Below the pieces are notes generated by a model. It ran no database searches and was not told the DNA's origin. It saw only the letters and a list, made by a program, of their open reading frames with translations. A stretch of DNA of 64,000 bases, taken from Clostridiales bacterium (GTDB lineage: Bacteria > Bacillota > Clostridia > Christensenellales > Borkfalkiaceae). Below, one piece after another: positions 18,047 through 28,644 of the stretch; position 1 is the stretch's first letter, and each line of letters starts with the position of its first letter. The DNA is taken from contig SVIW01000002.1 in the NCBI GenBank assembly GCA_015069295.1, positions 14,753 to 78,752 on the forward strand, in the 5' to 3' direction. Position numbers and translations under genes: made by a program.

Positions 18047-21000
18047 TTACTCCTCGTCGTCGACAAAATCGTCCTCGAACAGCTTACCAAAGCCGAACGT
18101 TTCGTCGTCCTCGTCGTCTTCAAATTCGTCGTCTTCCGAATCGATGTTGAAACCGTCCTCGTCGTCGCCCTCTTCTTCGAAGATGATGCCGCCGAATTCT
18201 TCTTCCTCTTCCTCGTCTTCGTCGTCCACGCTGAAGTCGATGTCTTCTTCGTCGTCGAATTTAACTTCTCTTTCCTTCACAGGATCCATACCCATCGTGT
18301 TGTCGTCTTCGTCTTCGACTTCGCGGATAACGAGTTCGTCGCCCGATTCCGTCAAGACTTTTACGTCGAGCGCCAAGCTCTGCAATTCCTTCAAAAGCAC
18401 TTTAAACGCTTCGGGAATACCGGGTTCGGAAATGTTTTCGCCGCGAACGATGGATTCGTAGGTCTTAACACGTCCGACGATGTCGTCCGATTTTACCGTC
18501 AAGATTTCCTGCAAGATGTGCGCCGCGCCGTACGCTTCCAACGCCCAAACTTCCATTTCCCCGAAACGCTGACCGCCGAACTGCGCTTTACCGCCGAGGG
18601 GCTGCTGCGTAACGAGACTGTAAGGACCGATTGCACGCGCGTGAATCTTATCGTCTACGAGGTGGATAAGTTTAATCATATATTGAACGCCGATGGTAAC
18701 GCGGTTTTCAAAAGGTTCGCCCGTTCTACCGTCGAATACCTGGAACTTACCGTCTACCTTACCGTCGGGGTTGAGAAGGTTGTTCTCGCGGAACATAACC
18801 TCCAAATCTTTCTCAGTTGCGCCGTCGAATACGGGCGTTGCAATCTTCCAACCGAGCTGTTTACAAACGTAACCCAAGTGCACTTCCAAAACCTGACCGA
18901 TGTTCATACGCGAAGGAACGCCCAAGGGGTTGAGCAAAATCTGCAACGGCGTACCGTCGGCAAGGAAAGGCATATCCGCCTGCGAAAGCACGCGGGAAAT
19001 AACACCCTTGTTACCGTGGCGACCTGCCATCTTGTCGCCGACCTGAATTTTACGTTTTTGCGCAATATACACGCGAACGAGTTTGTTTACGCCGGGATCA
19101 AGTTCGTCCTTGTTCTCTCTCGTAAACACTTTGACGTCTACGACAACGCCGCCCTCGCCGTGAGGAACTTTCAAGGACGTGTCGCGAACTTCTCTCGATT
19201 TTTCACCGAAGATAGCGCGAAGCAATCTCTCTTCGGGGGTAAGCTCTGCTTCCCCTTTCGGCGAAACTTTACCAACGAGGATATCCCCGCTTTGTACTTC
19301 CGCACCGATACGAACGATACCGTCTTCGTCCAAATCTTTGAGCGCGTCGTCGCCAACGTTGGGGATATCGCGCGTGATTTCTTCAGGACCGAGTTTGGTA
19401 TCTCTCGCTTCCATTTCATGTTTTTCGATATGGATAGAGGTGAACACGTCGTCCTGTACCAATTTTTCCGAAAGCAAGATAGCGTCTTCGTAGTTATAGC
19501 CTTCCCATTCCATATAGCCGACGAGAATGTTTTTACCAAGCGCAAGTTCGCCGTTGTTGGTCGAAGGACCGTCGGCAATAATTTCGCCCTTAAATACTCT
19601 GTCGCCCGTGGAAACGATGGGACGTTGGTTAAGACAGGTACCTGCGTTCGAACGTTCGAATTTCTTCAAAGGATATTCGGCAATCGTACCGTCTTCTTCG
19701 CGGATTTTAATCATATTCGACGAACAGGAAACGACGACGCCCGCTTCTTTGGCGGTAACGATAACGCCCGAATACTGTGCAATCGAACTTTCGATACCCG
19801 TTGCGACGATTGCAGGCTCGGTCTTCAAAAGAGGAACTGCCTGACGTTGCATGTTCGAGCCCATAAGGGCACGGTTGGTATCGTCGTTTTCAAGGAAAGG
19901 AATCAACGCCGCTGCGACCGAAACGAGCTGTTTGGGCGAAACGTCCATATAGTCCATCTTTTCGCGGGGCATTTCGGTAATATCGTTTTGATGACGGCAA
20001 CCAACGCGTTCGTTGATGAATCTGCCCTCTGCATCGAGGGGTTCGTTTGCCTGTGCAACGATATACTTATCTTCTTCGTCCGCCGTCAAATAATCAACGT
20101 GCGTCGTAACGATACCCGTTTCCTTGTCTACTCTTCTATACGGGCTCATAATAAAGCCGTATTCGTTTACTTTCGCAAACGTAGCAAGCGAAGTGATAAG
20201 ACCGATGTTTTGACCTTCGGGCGTTTCGATAGGACACATACGACCGTAGTGCGTGTGGTGAATATCGCGGACTTCGAAGGTTGCGCGGTCTCTGTTCAAA
20301 CCGCCGGGGCCGAGCGCGGAAAGCTTACGCTTGTGGGTAAGTTCTGCAATCGGGTTGGTCTGGTCCATAAATTGGGAAAGCTGGGAGGAACCGAAGAATT
20401 CGCGGATAACCGCGGAAACGGGACGGATATTGATCAGCGCGGAAGGCGTGATTTCCATCGGGTCTTGCGTGCTCATTCTTTCCTTAATCAATCTTTCCAA
20501 ACGGGTGATACCGATACGGAGCTGATTTTGAAGCAACTCGCCTACCGAACGCACGCGGCGGTTGCCGAGGTGGTCGATGTTATCGGTCGTACCGATACCG
20601 TATTTCAAATCAAGGTTGGTCGAAATCGCCGCAACGATATCGTCCACCGTAATATGCTTATGGCAAAGCTTGTCAATCAAAGGACGGAGTTCTTTCTTTT
20701 GTTCCTTGGTGGGAACGGGATGTTCGCTGGAAAGAATTTCGTGGAAAAGCTTACAAGCCGCTACGAACTTGCAACGGTTGATCTTTCTCTTTTCTCTCTT
20801 TTTCTTTTCGTCCGGCTTTTCGTCGGGTTCTTCCGCCTTTTCGACCGTCTTATACAATTCGTTGATTTCGTCAACGTATTTTTCCGCAATTTCTTCCACG
20901 CTTGCTTCTGCACATTCCGCAGCGATCAGCTTGGACAAGCGGTAGTTGGGATAGCAAACGGTAGGCAGCAAACCGAAATCTTTTGCGCGTGCCTGCACGG

Positions 21001-22072
21001 GGATATCGGAAATAGCCGCAAAATCCACCGTGTTGTTTGCAATAATCTTATGACGGATTTCCCCGTCTTCGGGGTCGTCTACCAAAACGTAAATTTCGTT
21101 GACGCCGCAGTTTTGAATTTCCTTTGCCTTAATTTCGGAAATTCTTTCGCCTGCTTCCGCGATAATTTCGCCCGTTTCAGGGTTCACGACGTTATCGGCA
21201 ACCCTTCTGCCTTCCAAACGGAAGGAAAGGCAAAGCTTTTTGTTATACTTGTATCTGCCGACCTTGGTAATATCGTAACGGCGGGTCTCGAAGAAGAGAT
21301 TGAAAAGGTGCGCTCTTACCGAATCTTCGGTAGGCGCTTCGCCCGGGCGCAAACGGCGGTACAGCTCGTACAAGCCGTCCGATTCCGATTTTGCCGTATC
21401 CTTTTCCAAGGTCGCTCTGATAATTTTATTGCCAGGGAACAAGTCCTCGATCGCGCGGTTGCTGCCGTAGCCGAGCGCGCGCAAAAGCACCGTAACGGGC
21501 AGTTTCTTCTTTCTGTCCACACGGACGTACAACGCGTCCTGCGCGTCTTGTTCGAGTTCGAGCCAAGCACCGCGGTTGGGCATAACGGTGGTCGCGAACA
21601 TTTCCTTACCCGTCTTGTCCTTGCTCGACGAGTTGTTGACGCCGGGCGAACGGATAAGCTGGGAAACGATAACGCGTTCGGCGCCGTTGATAATGAACGC
21701 GCCGTTTTCGGTCATCAAGGGAATATCCCCCATAAATACTTCCGAATCGATAACCTCGTTGTTTTTCGCCTTATTGACAAGACGAACCTTTACGCGCAAA
21801 GGAAGCGCGTACGTAGCGTCGCGGGTACGACATTCTTTTTCGTCGTACTTGGGCTTGTCTCCGAATCTGTGCTCTAAAAAATAAAGCTCGAAACGGTCGG
21901 ACATATCTACGATCGGAGAGAAATCCTCGAATACCTCGCCGATACCCTCTTCAATGAAGGTATTGTAGCTTGCTTTCTGGATTTCAACGAGATCGGGAAT
22001 GTCGATAACTTCGTTGATCGAACCGAATTTTCTTCTTTCGGTTTTGCCATACTTGGTAATAGGTAAATCCAT
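18047..22072 (-). CDS. rpoB: DNA-directed RNA polymerase subunit beta, with a long acidic C-terminal tail
   Basis: 1341 aa. Contains [22 protein letters not shown] and [15 protein letters not shown] motifs. The last ~95 residues are almost entirely D/E/F/G. Confidence 0.98.
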   Translation of the reverse strand: MDLPITKYGKTERRKFGSINEVIDIPDLVEIQKASYNTFIEEGIGEVFEDFSPIVDMSDRFELYFLEHRFGDKPKYDEKECRTRDATYALPLRVKVRLVNKAKNNEVIDSEVFMGDIPLMTENGAFIINGAERVIVSQLIRSPGVNNSSSKDKTGKEMFATTVMPNRGAWLELEQDAQDALYVRVDRKKKLPVTVLLRALGYGSNRAIEDLFPGNKIIRATLEKDTAKSESDGLYELYRRLRPGEAPTEDSVRAHLFNLFFETRRYDITKVGRYKYNKKLCLSFRLEGRRVADNVVNPETGEIIAEAGERISEIKAKEIQNCGVNEIYVLVDDPEDGEIRHKIIANNTVDFAAISDIPVQARAKDFGLLPTVCYPNYRLSKLIAAECAEASVEEIAEKYVDEINELYKTVEKAEEPDEKPDEKKKREKRKINRCKFVAACKLFHEILSSEHPVPTKEQKKELRPLIDKLCHKHITVDDIVAAISTNLDLKYGIGTTDNIDHLGNRRVRSVGELLQNQLRIGITRLERLIKERMSTQDPMEITPSALINIRPVSAVIREFFGSSQLSQFMDQTNPIAELTHKRKLSALGPGGLNRDRATFEVRDIHHTHYGRMCPIETPEGQNIGLITSLATFAKVNEYGFIMSPYRRVDKETGIVTTHVDYLTADEEDKYIVAQANEPLDAEGRFINERVGCRHQNDITEMPREKMDYMDVSPKQLVSVAAALIPFLENDDTNRALMGSNMQRQAVPLLKTEPAIVATGIESSIAQYSGVIVTAKEAGVVVSCSSNMIKIREEDGTIAEYPLKKFERSNAGTCLNQRPIVSTGDRVFKGEIIADGPSTNNGELALGKNILVGYMEWEGYNYEDAILLSEKLVQDDVFTSIHIEKHEMEARDTKLGPEEITRDIPNVGDDALKDLDEDGIVRIGAEVQSGDILVGKVSPKGEAELTPEERLLRAIFGEKSREVRDTSLKVPHGEGGVVVDVKVFTRENKDELDPGVNKLVRVYIAQKRKIQVGDKMAGRHGNKGVISRVLSQADMPFLADGTPLQILLNPLGVPSRMNIGQVLEVHLGYVCKQLGWKIATPVFDGATEKDLEVMFRENNLLNPDGKVDGKFQVFDGRTGEPFENRVTIGVQYMIKLIHLVDDKIHARAIGPYSLVTQQPLGGKAQFGGQRFGEMEVWALEAYGAAHILQEILTVKSDDIVGRVKTYESIVRGENISEPGIPEAFKVLLKELQSLALDVKVLTESGDELVIREVEDEDDNTMGMDPVKEREVKFDDEEDIDFSVDDEDEEEEEEFGGIIFEEEGDDEDGFNIDSEDDEFEDDEDDETFGFGKLFEDDFVDDEE

Positions 22073-22420
22073 TAGTTCAAAATGCTCCTTTATTTTTTTC
22101 AGGCGATCTACCGAGTATATCTTTTCATCGATAAAAATCGAAATTTTTGTCTTGATTGATTTTTTTTATCCTTACGCTTTACTTTTGCGTTCCTTTGCTG
22201 TATAATAATATATATGGAAAGGATTTTACCGAAAACCGACCCTTTTTTTCCTCTTTTTTTGGGGATTTCCCTTAAAAAATAGGCTCGGCAAGCGGCATTA
22301 CGCCATCATAAGCATAATGATACATTATCTAATTATATCCTTCGAAAAAAAAGATGTCAAGCGTTTTTAAAGTCCTATCGCCAATTTTTCGAAAAAAGTT
22401 ATCCACAGGGGTTGTTTTTT

Positions 22421-22663
22421 ATGAGAATCGACAAATTTTTAAAGGTTTCGCGCATTTTGAAACGCCGCACCGTTGCCCAAGAGGCGTGCACGGAAGACAA
22501 GGTCTTTATCAACGGAAAAAGCGCAAAACCCTCCACCGCCGTCAAAATCGGCGACGTGATAGAAATTTTCTATACGTCGGGCACGTTGAAATTCCGCGTT
22601 TTACAAATCAGAGAAACGGTCAAAAAAGAAGACGCCGCTTCTCTTTACGAGGTGATCGTATGA
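22421..22663 (+). CDS. S4-domain RNA-binding protein (YabO/Hsp15-like)
   Basis: MRIDKFLKVSRILKRRTVAQEACTEDKVFINGKSAKPS is an S4 motif. ATG at 22421 is preferred to the TTG at 22412. Its stop overlaps the ispDF start (ATGA). Confidence 0.8.
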   Translation: MRIDKFLKVSRILKRRTVAQEACTEDKVFINGKSAKPSTAVKIGDVIEIFYTSGTLKFRVLQIRETVKKEDAASLYEVIV

Positions 22664-23790
22664 ACGAAATTAAAATCTGCGCCGTCGTTTGCGCGGCAGG
22701 CAAAGGCTCTCGCACAGGCTTTGAGAAAAATAAATTGCTCGTGCCCTTTTTAGGCTCGTGCGCCCTTTTAAAGACCCTTTCCGCCTTCGATTTCCCCGCC
22801 GTTGACGAAATACTCGTCGCCGCGTCGAAAGAGGATTTTGACGAGATTTCCGCCCTTTGCAAGGGAATAGAAAAAGCGCGCGTAGTGCTTGGCGGACAGG
22901 ATCGTTCCCATTCCGTTTACAACGCCTTAAAGGCAACGGATGCGGAGATAGTGCTCATCCACGACGGCGCAAGACCCTTCGTCAGCCGCGAAATCATCGA
23001 GGGCTGTATCCACAGCGTAAAAACCTACGGAAGCGGGGTTGCGGCTATCCCCTGCACGGATACAATCGCCGTCGTAGCAGACGAAAAAATCCGTTCCGTT
23101 CCCTCTCGCGAGGGGTTGCGGCAAATACAAACGCCGCAGGGATTTTTCCGTGAAAATCTTCTCGCCGCATACGAACGCGCGTTTGCGGAAGACGAACAGC
23201 GTTTTACGGACGACTCGTCCGTGTTCTTGCGCTATTGTGGTACGCCGCACCTCTGCGAGGGCAGCACGGACAACAAAAAATTGACCTACGCGGAAGATTT
23301 CCATAACCAAACGGCGCGCTGCGGGTTTGGCGTAGACACCCACGCGTTCGGCAGAGCAACCGAGTATATCGTACTGGGCGGCGTCAAAATCCCGTCGGAG
23401 AGCGGACTGATTGCGCACAGCGACGGCGACGTACTCATCCACGCCGTTATGGACGCTATGCTCTCAGCAGCGGGTTTGAAGGATATCGGGCATTATTTCC
23501 CCGACTCCGACCCACAGTTTAAAAACGCCGATTCCACGAAGTTACTGGAAAGAGTCGTAACCTTGCTTGACGGCGAGGGGTATGCGGTAAAAAATCTGTC
23601 CGTTGCCATTTTAGCAGAACGCCCCCGTCTTGCCAAATACATAGACGAGATGAAACTTTCCCTCTCCCGCATTTTGCGTATCGACCCTACCGCCGTCGGC
23701 ATCTCGGCGGGCACGAACGAGGGGCTGGGGTATATCGGCGAGGGCAAGGGAATTACCGTCCACGCCTACGTATTGCTTAAACGTATTTAA
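22660..23790 (+). CDS. ispDF: Bifunctional MEP cytidylyltransferase / MEcPP synthase (IspD-IspF fusion)
   Basis: 376 aa counted from ATG 22660. The N-terminal half has AAGKGSRTG (IspD). The C-terminal half has GFGVDTHAF...HSDGDVLIHAVMDAMLSA (IspF). The longer track ORF from 22354 overlaps the S4 gene. Confidence 0.9.
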   Translation: MNEIKICAVVCAAGKGSRTGFEKNKLLVPFLGSCALLKTLSAFDFPAVDEILVAASKEDFDEISALCKGIEKARVVLGGQDRSHSVYNALKATDAEIVLIHDGARPFVSREIIEGCIHSVKTYGSGVAAIPCTDTIAVVADEKIRSVPSREGLRQIQTPQGFFRENLLAAYERAFAEDEQRFTDDSSVFLRYCGTPHLCEGSTDNKKLTYAEDFHNQTARCGFGVDTHAFGRATEYIVLGGVKIPSESGLIAHSDGDVLIHAVMDAMLSAAGLKDIGHYFPDSDPQFKNADSTKLLERVVTLLDGEGYAVKNLSVAILAERPRLAKYIDEMKLSLSRILRIDPTAVGISAGTNEGLGYIGEGKGITVHAYVLLKRI

Positions 23791-23802
23791 AAGGAGTTTT
23801 TT

Positions 23803-25197
23803 ATGGCGACCAAATCCAAAACGCCGACGAGTCAATTCGTCTGCTCGAAGTGCGGCTTTACCACCCCGAAATGGTTGGGGAAATGCCCCGATTGCGGCAA
23901 TTTCAATACGATGCAGGAAGAACTCGTCCGTCCGCAAGAAAGCGTAAAAACGGAATTACACAGGGGCGTGTCCGAGATGAAAACGCGCGCTCTGCCCTTG
24001 TCTAAAATCGGCTATGAAAATTTCCAGCGGATAAAAAGCGGCATTTCCGAATTTGACACCGTACTCGGCGGTGGAATCGTACCTGGGTCCCTCGTATTGC
24101 TCGGCGGCGACCCTGGTATTGGGAAATCCACCCTTTTAACGCAGGTGGCGGCGCACCTTGCAAAAACGCAACCCTTTCCCACTCTCTACGTCTCCGCGGA
24201 AGAAAGCTGTTCGCAGGTGAAAATGCGCTGCGAGCGATTGGGAGTAAATTCGGACAACCTTTTGCTGTTAAACGAAACCTGTTTGGAAGATATTGAAACG
24301 GCGCTTGGCGAAAGCAAATTCGTCGTCATCGACTCGGTGCAGGCAATCTATACCGAAACACTCTCCTCCGCGGCGGGCTCGGTGGCGCAAGTACGCGAAT
24401 GCGCGGCAAAGCTGATGCGGATTGCAAAATCGCAAAATATCACCTTTTTTATCATCGGGCACGTAACCAAAGAAGGCTCGTTGGCAGGTCCGAAAGTCTT
24501 AGAACACATTATGGATACCGTGCTCTATTTCGAGGGTCAACAAGAGGACAATTATAAACTCCTGCGCGCCGTGAAAAACCGTTTTGGTTCGGCGCAGGAG
24601 GTAGGCGTATTCGAGATGACGGAAACGGGCATACAGAGCGTGAACGATTATGAAACCTTGTTTTTATCCGAAACGCGGGGCGTTGCGGCGGGCTCTATCG
24701 TAACCCCGTCCGAAAGCGGCAACCGCTGTATGAACGTAGAAATCCAAACTCTGATTGCAAAAACGGCGTACGGACAACCCCGCCGTATGAGCATCGGGGT
24801 CGATTATAACCGCCTCGTGGTGCTGATTGCCGTTTTGGAAAAGCGTTGCGGTATCCCCTTCTATTCGTCCGACGTCTACGTAAACGCGATGGGCGGAATT
24901 CGTTTGGAAGAGCCGTCCGTAGACCTTGCCCTTTGCGCGGCGCTTGCCAGCGCGGCAAACGACGTGCCCGTGGATAAATACACCGCCGTCTTTGGCGAAG
25001 TGGGTTTAACGGGCGAAGTCCGCGGCGTCGCCTATGCGGACAAGCGGGTAAACGAGTGCATTAAAACGGGCTTTGAACGAGTGATTTTACCCGCAAAGAA
25101 TATGAAAGCGTGCGAAAAATTTAAAGACAAAATCGAGCTCGTCCCCGTGCGCTACGTCGGACAAATGATACAGGCGCTAAACTTGAAGAAAAATTAA
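23803..25197 (+). CDS. radA: DNA repair protein RadA/Sms
   Basis: Zinc ribbon CSKCGFTTPKWLGKCPDCG, Walker A GGDPGIGKST, KNRFG motif and a Lon-like C-terminal domain. Confidence 0.95.
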   Translation: MATKSKTPTSQFVCSKCGFTTPKWLGKCPDCGNFNTMQEELVRPQESVKTELHRGVSEMKTRALPLSKIGYENFQRIKSGISEFDTVLGGGIVPGSLVLLGGDPGIGKSTLLTQVAAHLAKTQPFPTLYVSAEESCSQVKMRCERLGVNSDNLLLLNETCLEDIETALGESKFVVIDSVQAIYTETLSSAAGSVAQVRECAAKLMRIAKSQNITFFIIGHVTKEGSLAGPKVLEHIMDTVLYFEGQQEDNYKLLRAVKNRFGSAQEVGVFEMTETGIQSVNDYETLFLSETRGVAAGSIVTPSESGNRCMNVEIQTLIAKTAYGQPRRMSIGVDYNRLVVLIAVLEKRCGIPFYSSDVYVNAMGGIRLEEPSVDLALCAALASAANDVPVDKYTAVFGEVGLTGEVRGVAYADKRVNECIKTGFERVILPAKNMKACEKFKDKIELVPVRYVGQMIQALNLKKN

Positions 25198-25213
25198 CTA
25201 CGGATTATAAAAG

Positions 25214-25249
25214 AAAAAAGCCTCGGAAAATTCCGAGGCTTTCTTTTTT
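25214..25249. terminator. Bidirectional terminator between radA (+) and a membrane-protein gene (-)
   Basis: aaagcctcgg / ccgaggcttt stem with a 6-nt loop, an A-run on the left and a T-run on the right. Confidence 0.82.
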
Positions 25250-25257
25250 GCTGAAAT

Positions 25258-26349
25258 TTAGTTGTTTTCCGCAGTTTCTTCTACGGGAGCTTCTTCAGCA
25301 GGAGCAAGCTCTGCTTCTACGGGAGCTTCTTCTACGGGAGCAGCTTCCTTCTTGCCAAGGATTGCGTCAACCGCAAGGGAAAGGAAGTACATACCAAAGT
25401 GGAAGCAACCGATGATTGCGATCTTGATGAACGCGGACTGATATGCCCAAACGACTGCGCCGGGGATCGCATACGCGAAGATAACGTCGTAGGTCAACGC
25501 AACGAGCGAGAAGATCATCGCCATAAGACCGTTGTGTTTTGCTGCTTCTTCTTTGCCGTCAAGGTTGTTCTTAATACCCTTCTTAACTGCGCCGAACGCA
25601 AGCAATACGATAACGCCGGTAAGGTTGGGCAATACGCCGTCCAAAAGGTAATCCATATCGCCGAGCATAACCGGAATCAAGTTGAAGAACGCCGCGATAA
25701 ATCTTTCGTATACGGGATATTGGAACAAGAATGCAACGGAAAGAATAAGTACGGTAAGTTTTACCGCTTCGTAAACTGCGGTTACAATCGTATATTTAAC
25801 GCCCTTAAATTCTTCTGCAAATACGTTTTCTAAAACGTTTTTACCAAGGTAGTAGATGCATACCCAAGAAAGGAAGGTAGCGCCTGCGCCCGAAAGGCTA
25901 ACGGGTTCAAAACCGCCAACGAGGAAGAACGCAACTGCAAGGTATGCAAGCATAAACAAAATCATACCTCTTGCAGATTTACCAAGGCTTTCCCCTGCTG
26001 CGTCCCATTCCTTCGTGGACCAAACGCGAGCATAAACGATAATCGCCTTAATAACGCGGATAAGAATGATGATGAAGTACACGATCGAAACGATTTGGAA
26101 CGCAAATTCCGCCAAGAACGCAAACGCGCTGCCTACGTAACCGTTCGAAAGACTTTCAAACACCGCCGTGATTTCCTCAATGAAAACGCCGATATCGCCG
26201 AACATACGGAAGGTATCGATAATCGAATACGAACCGCCAACGCCAAACGAAACTACGCCCAAAAGGAAAAACAAGAACCCAAAAGCCACAATTGCAAAGC
26301 TCATCGAAGTAACGATGATTTTGCGTAAGTTACACTTGTCAATAGCCAT
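25258..26349 (-). CDS. Hypothetical multi-pass membrane protein with an EAPVE-repeat C-terminal tail
   Basis: Start placed at ATG 26349 (GGAGG 6 nt upstream) rather than 26424. About 9 hydrophobic helices. The tail reads KKEAAPVEEAPVEAELAPAEEAPVEETAENN. Confidence 0.72.
   Translation of the reverse strand: MAIDKCNLRKIIVTSMSFAIVAFGFLFFLLGVVSFGVGGSYSIIDTFRMFGDIGVFIEEITAVFESLSNGYVGSAFAFLAEFAFQIVSIVYFIIILIRVIKAIIVYARVWSTKEWDAAGESLGKSARGMILFMLAYLAVAFFLVGGFEPVSLSGAGATFLSWVCIYYLGKNVLENVFAEEFKGVKYTIVTAVYEAVKLTVLILSVAFLFQYPVYERFIAAFFNLIPVMLGDMDYLLDGVLPNLTGVIVLLAFGAVKKGIKNNLDGKEEAAKHNGLMAMIFSLVALTYDVIFAYAIPGAVVWAYQSAFIKIAIIGCFHFGMYFLSLAVDAILGKKEAAPVEEAPVEAELAPAEEAPVEETAENN
25276..25345. repeat. Imperfect 15-bp tandem repeat (ttctacgggagcttc type) encoding EAPVE units
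   Basis: Read directly from the sequence. A 26-nt stretch, 25316-25341, is identical to 57882-57907 in an unrelated gene. Confidence 0.8.
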
Positions 26350-26532
26350 AATTGACCTCCATAAAATAATTTTTAAAATCAGGAAATTTTTTCCATCAAT
26401 CCGTAGGGAATGCTTGTCAAACAAAACTATGACATTTTGTTTTTTCTTTAATATTTATATTATATAGTGTAGGATAAAATATTTTCTATAATATCTGATT
26501 TTTTTCCATATTTATAAGGTCGGTTTTTGTCA

Positions 26533-26569
26533 AAAAAATTACCCCCAAGGCTTTTAAATGCCTTGGGGG
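26533..26569 (-). terminator. Intrinsic terminator after the LtaS-family gene
   Basis: Minus strand: CCCCCAAGGC-loop-GCCTTGGGGG followed by TAATTTTTTTG. Confidence 0.78.
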
Positions 26570-26591
26570 CGCAGTATTTCGCTTTATTCCG

Positions 26592-28625
26592 TCAATCCCA
26601 GCCGTTTAGTTTTTTCATTTCTTCTTGGAATTGCGCCAAATTATTTTTCGTTGCAAAATAATTTTTTTGGAAAACATAGTCGCAATATTTAATTTTTTCA
26701 ACCAACACGTCGCCCTCTTTCTTATAATCGGACAACGCTTTTTCCGTTACGGATTTGTGGATATAGAACGGGTTATTTACGCTGCGGGAAACAACGCCGT
26801 CATAAATGAAGTTGCCGTACGCGCGGGAATAGAGCACGGACGCGTCTTTGGAAAATACCGAATGTCCGTAATAGAGATTTCCAAAATACTGGATTCCCAA
26901 CAAATCGAGCAGGGTGGGCACGATATCCGCCGTACAGGTAAACTTGTCAATGATACGCGATTCCCCTTTCGTTTCCATTTCCGCAATAAGGTCAGTATCG
27001 TAGATCATAAACGGAACGTTGTACAAATCGGTAAATTTCCCTTTCGTATCGTAATCGTCTATATTTTTGACGTAATTGCTAAGCTGCTGATAATAAGCGT
27101 TATGGTCGCCGAAAAGCACGATGACGGTATCGTCTAAAAGCCCTTTCTTTTCCAAATCGTTCATCATCGCGCCGATCGCGTCGTCAAATTCAAGCGCGGT
27201 AATCATATAATACAGCAACACTTCCGCGCCGTCCTTTTCCGCAATATTGAACAAACGCTCCATACCCAGCGTTTCAATGATACGCCGTTTTTCTTCTTGC
27301 AGGTTTTCCCGCGAATAGTAGACGCCGTGCATCGTAATCGTCGTGACGTAGGTATAAAAACGGCTTCCGTCCGCGGGAAACATTAAATCCTTCGCCGTTT
27401 CTATCATTTCGCTGTCCAGATTTCTTTCCCCTTCGTCGTCGTAATTGATAAACGTCGGCTTTTCTCCCTCTAACAACCCCTCCATCGCCATTTTTTCCAT
27501 ATCGTACATATCCGTCAAGCCCTCAAACCCGAAGGTTACGTGCGCCTCTTCTCGGTTGTAAAAGCTCTTGTATCCGTTATGGAAAGAACGCGCCGTCAGA
27601 TTCTCCTCGCCCGCTTCTATTTTTAAGATATTGGGCAACGTATTCGGCATCGCGTTGTCGGCGTAGTCGTAGTTTACGTACGCGTCGGTGGGATAACTGC
27701 CCATAATGCTGAGCGTTTCGGAAATATCCGTTTTTTCGCGGGAATGGAAATTGGTCATTACCACGCTTTCGTTATAGAATTTAGTAAGATTGGGATATAA
27801 CGTCGCCAATTCCTCGTCGGTTAAATCGAGCGCGTTAGGGTATTCTTCATTTTTCAAAAAGGCGTACCACTCAAAGCTTTCCGCCAAAACGGTTACGACG
27901 TTTTTCCCTTTCGAAACGCCGAAATACTCCGTCTTTGCGGGAACTTCTTGGTAATTATAGATAAAGCTTTCCAAGTCCTCTTCCGAAAGGGAAACTTCGT
28001 CTTTGGAAATACTCTTGGAGATTTCTCCAAACAGATTCCCTATCATACCGTACGCCGAATACAAGCCCGTGGTATTGCCGTTGCGCATTTCTTCGTATTT
28101 GTCGGTATCGGCAGGGAAGAAAGACGCCAGCGAACCAATCATAACGCTAACCCCGGTTATCGAAGCCAACGCGTAAAAGAACGCCGACCATCTGCCCACG
28201 TGTAAATGCCGTTCTTCGTAGGTAATTCGCAAGCCGTAAACGAAATATAAAATACAGAAAAATAAACCGAGGAAAAACGCCGCAGGGTTGACGGGAATAC
28301 TTTCCAACGTGCCGAACGCGTCGTTACGGAGACTGAGCATCCCCAAATCGAAATATTGCCCCGTCATATCGTAAATAACGGCAAACACCAAATCGATAAC
28401 CGCCTGCACAATCAACAGACCGCCGTAAACGAATAATCGGGTACGGTTATTCGGCAACAACAGCACTAACGCCGTCGCCGCAAACACGAAACCAATGAAA
28501 ATGTAGGGGCGCTGTATAAAAAACGTCCCCTCGACGGCATACACGACCGTCATTTCTATCAACATCGCAAATCCGAAATAGATAAACGCAAGTTGATTGG
28601 CTTTTAACCATTTCAAAAATTTCAC
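26592..28625 (-). CDS. LTA synthase-family protein (membrane-anchored sulfatase-fold phosphoglycerol transferase)
   Basis: 677 aa. Five N-terminal TM helices, then an extracellular sulfatase-like domain (VTVLAESFEW, VIVLFGDHNAYY). GTG start with GGAGGAG 8 nt upstream. Confidence 0.82.
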   Translation of the reverse strand: MKFLKWLKANQLAFIYFGFAMLIEMTVVYAVEGTFFIQRPYIFIGFVFAATALVLLLPNNRTRLFVYGGLLIVQAVIDLVFAVIYDMTGQYFDLGMLSLRNDAFGTLESIPVNPAAFFLGLFFCILYFVYGLRITYEERHLHVGRWSAFFYALASITGVSVMIGSLASFFPADTDKYEEMRNGNTTGLYSAYGMIGNLFGEISKSISKDEVSLSEEDLESFIYNYQEVPAKTEYFGVSKGKNVVTVLAESFEWYAFLKNEEYPNALDLTDEELATLYPNLTKFYNESVVMTNFHSREKTDISETLSIMGSYPTDAYVNYDYADNAMPNTLPNILKIEAGEENLTARSFHNGYKSFYNREEAHVTFGFEGLTDMYDMEKMAMEGLLEGEKPTFINYDDEGERNLDSEMIETAKDLMFPADGSRFYTYVTTITMHGVYYSRENLQEEKRRIIETLGMERLFNIAEKDGAEVLLYYMITALEFDDAIGAMMNDLEKKGLLDDTVIVLFGDHNAYYQQLSNYVKNIDDYDTKGKFTDLYNVPFMIYDTDLIAEMETKGESRIIDKFTCTADIVPTLLDLLGIQYFGNLYYGHSVFSKDASVLYSRAYGNFIYDGVVSRSVNNPFYIHKSVTEKALSDYKKEGDVLVEKIKYCDYVFQKNYFATKNNLAQFQEEMKKLNGWD

Positions 28626-28644
28626 GCCCCGTTCTCCTCCAAGG

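Noticed and set aside
18518-21877. 1119-aa plus-strand ORF, with similar long plus-strand ORFs at 14309-15637, 15866-17131 and 17390-18016
   Set aside because: They are entirely antisense to rpoB and rpoC. Their products are low-complexity R/F/V-rich sequence with no motifs or RBS. These are typical shadow ORFs of highly expressed genes.
22354-22659. N-terminal 102-codon extension of the ispDF ORF given in the track
   Set aside because: It overlaps the well-supported S4-domain gene in another frame, and its product is basic and low-complexity. ATG 22660 gives a normal IspD N-terminus and an ATGA coupling.
25276-25345. Short tandem repeats, considered as a CRISPR-like array (also 57848-57912)
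   Set aside because: The units are 15 bp, contiguous without spacers, and lie in frame inside coding sequence. This is a coding minisatellite, not CRISPR.
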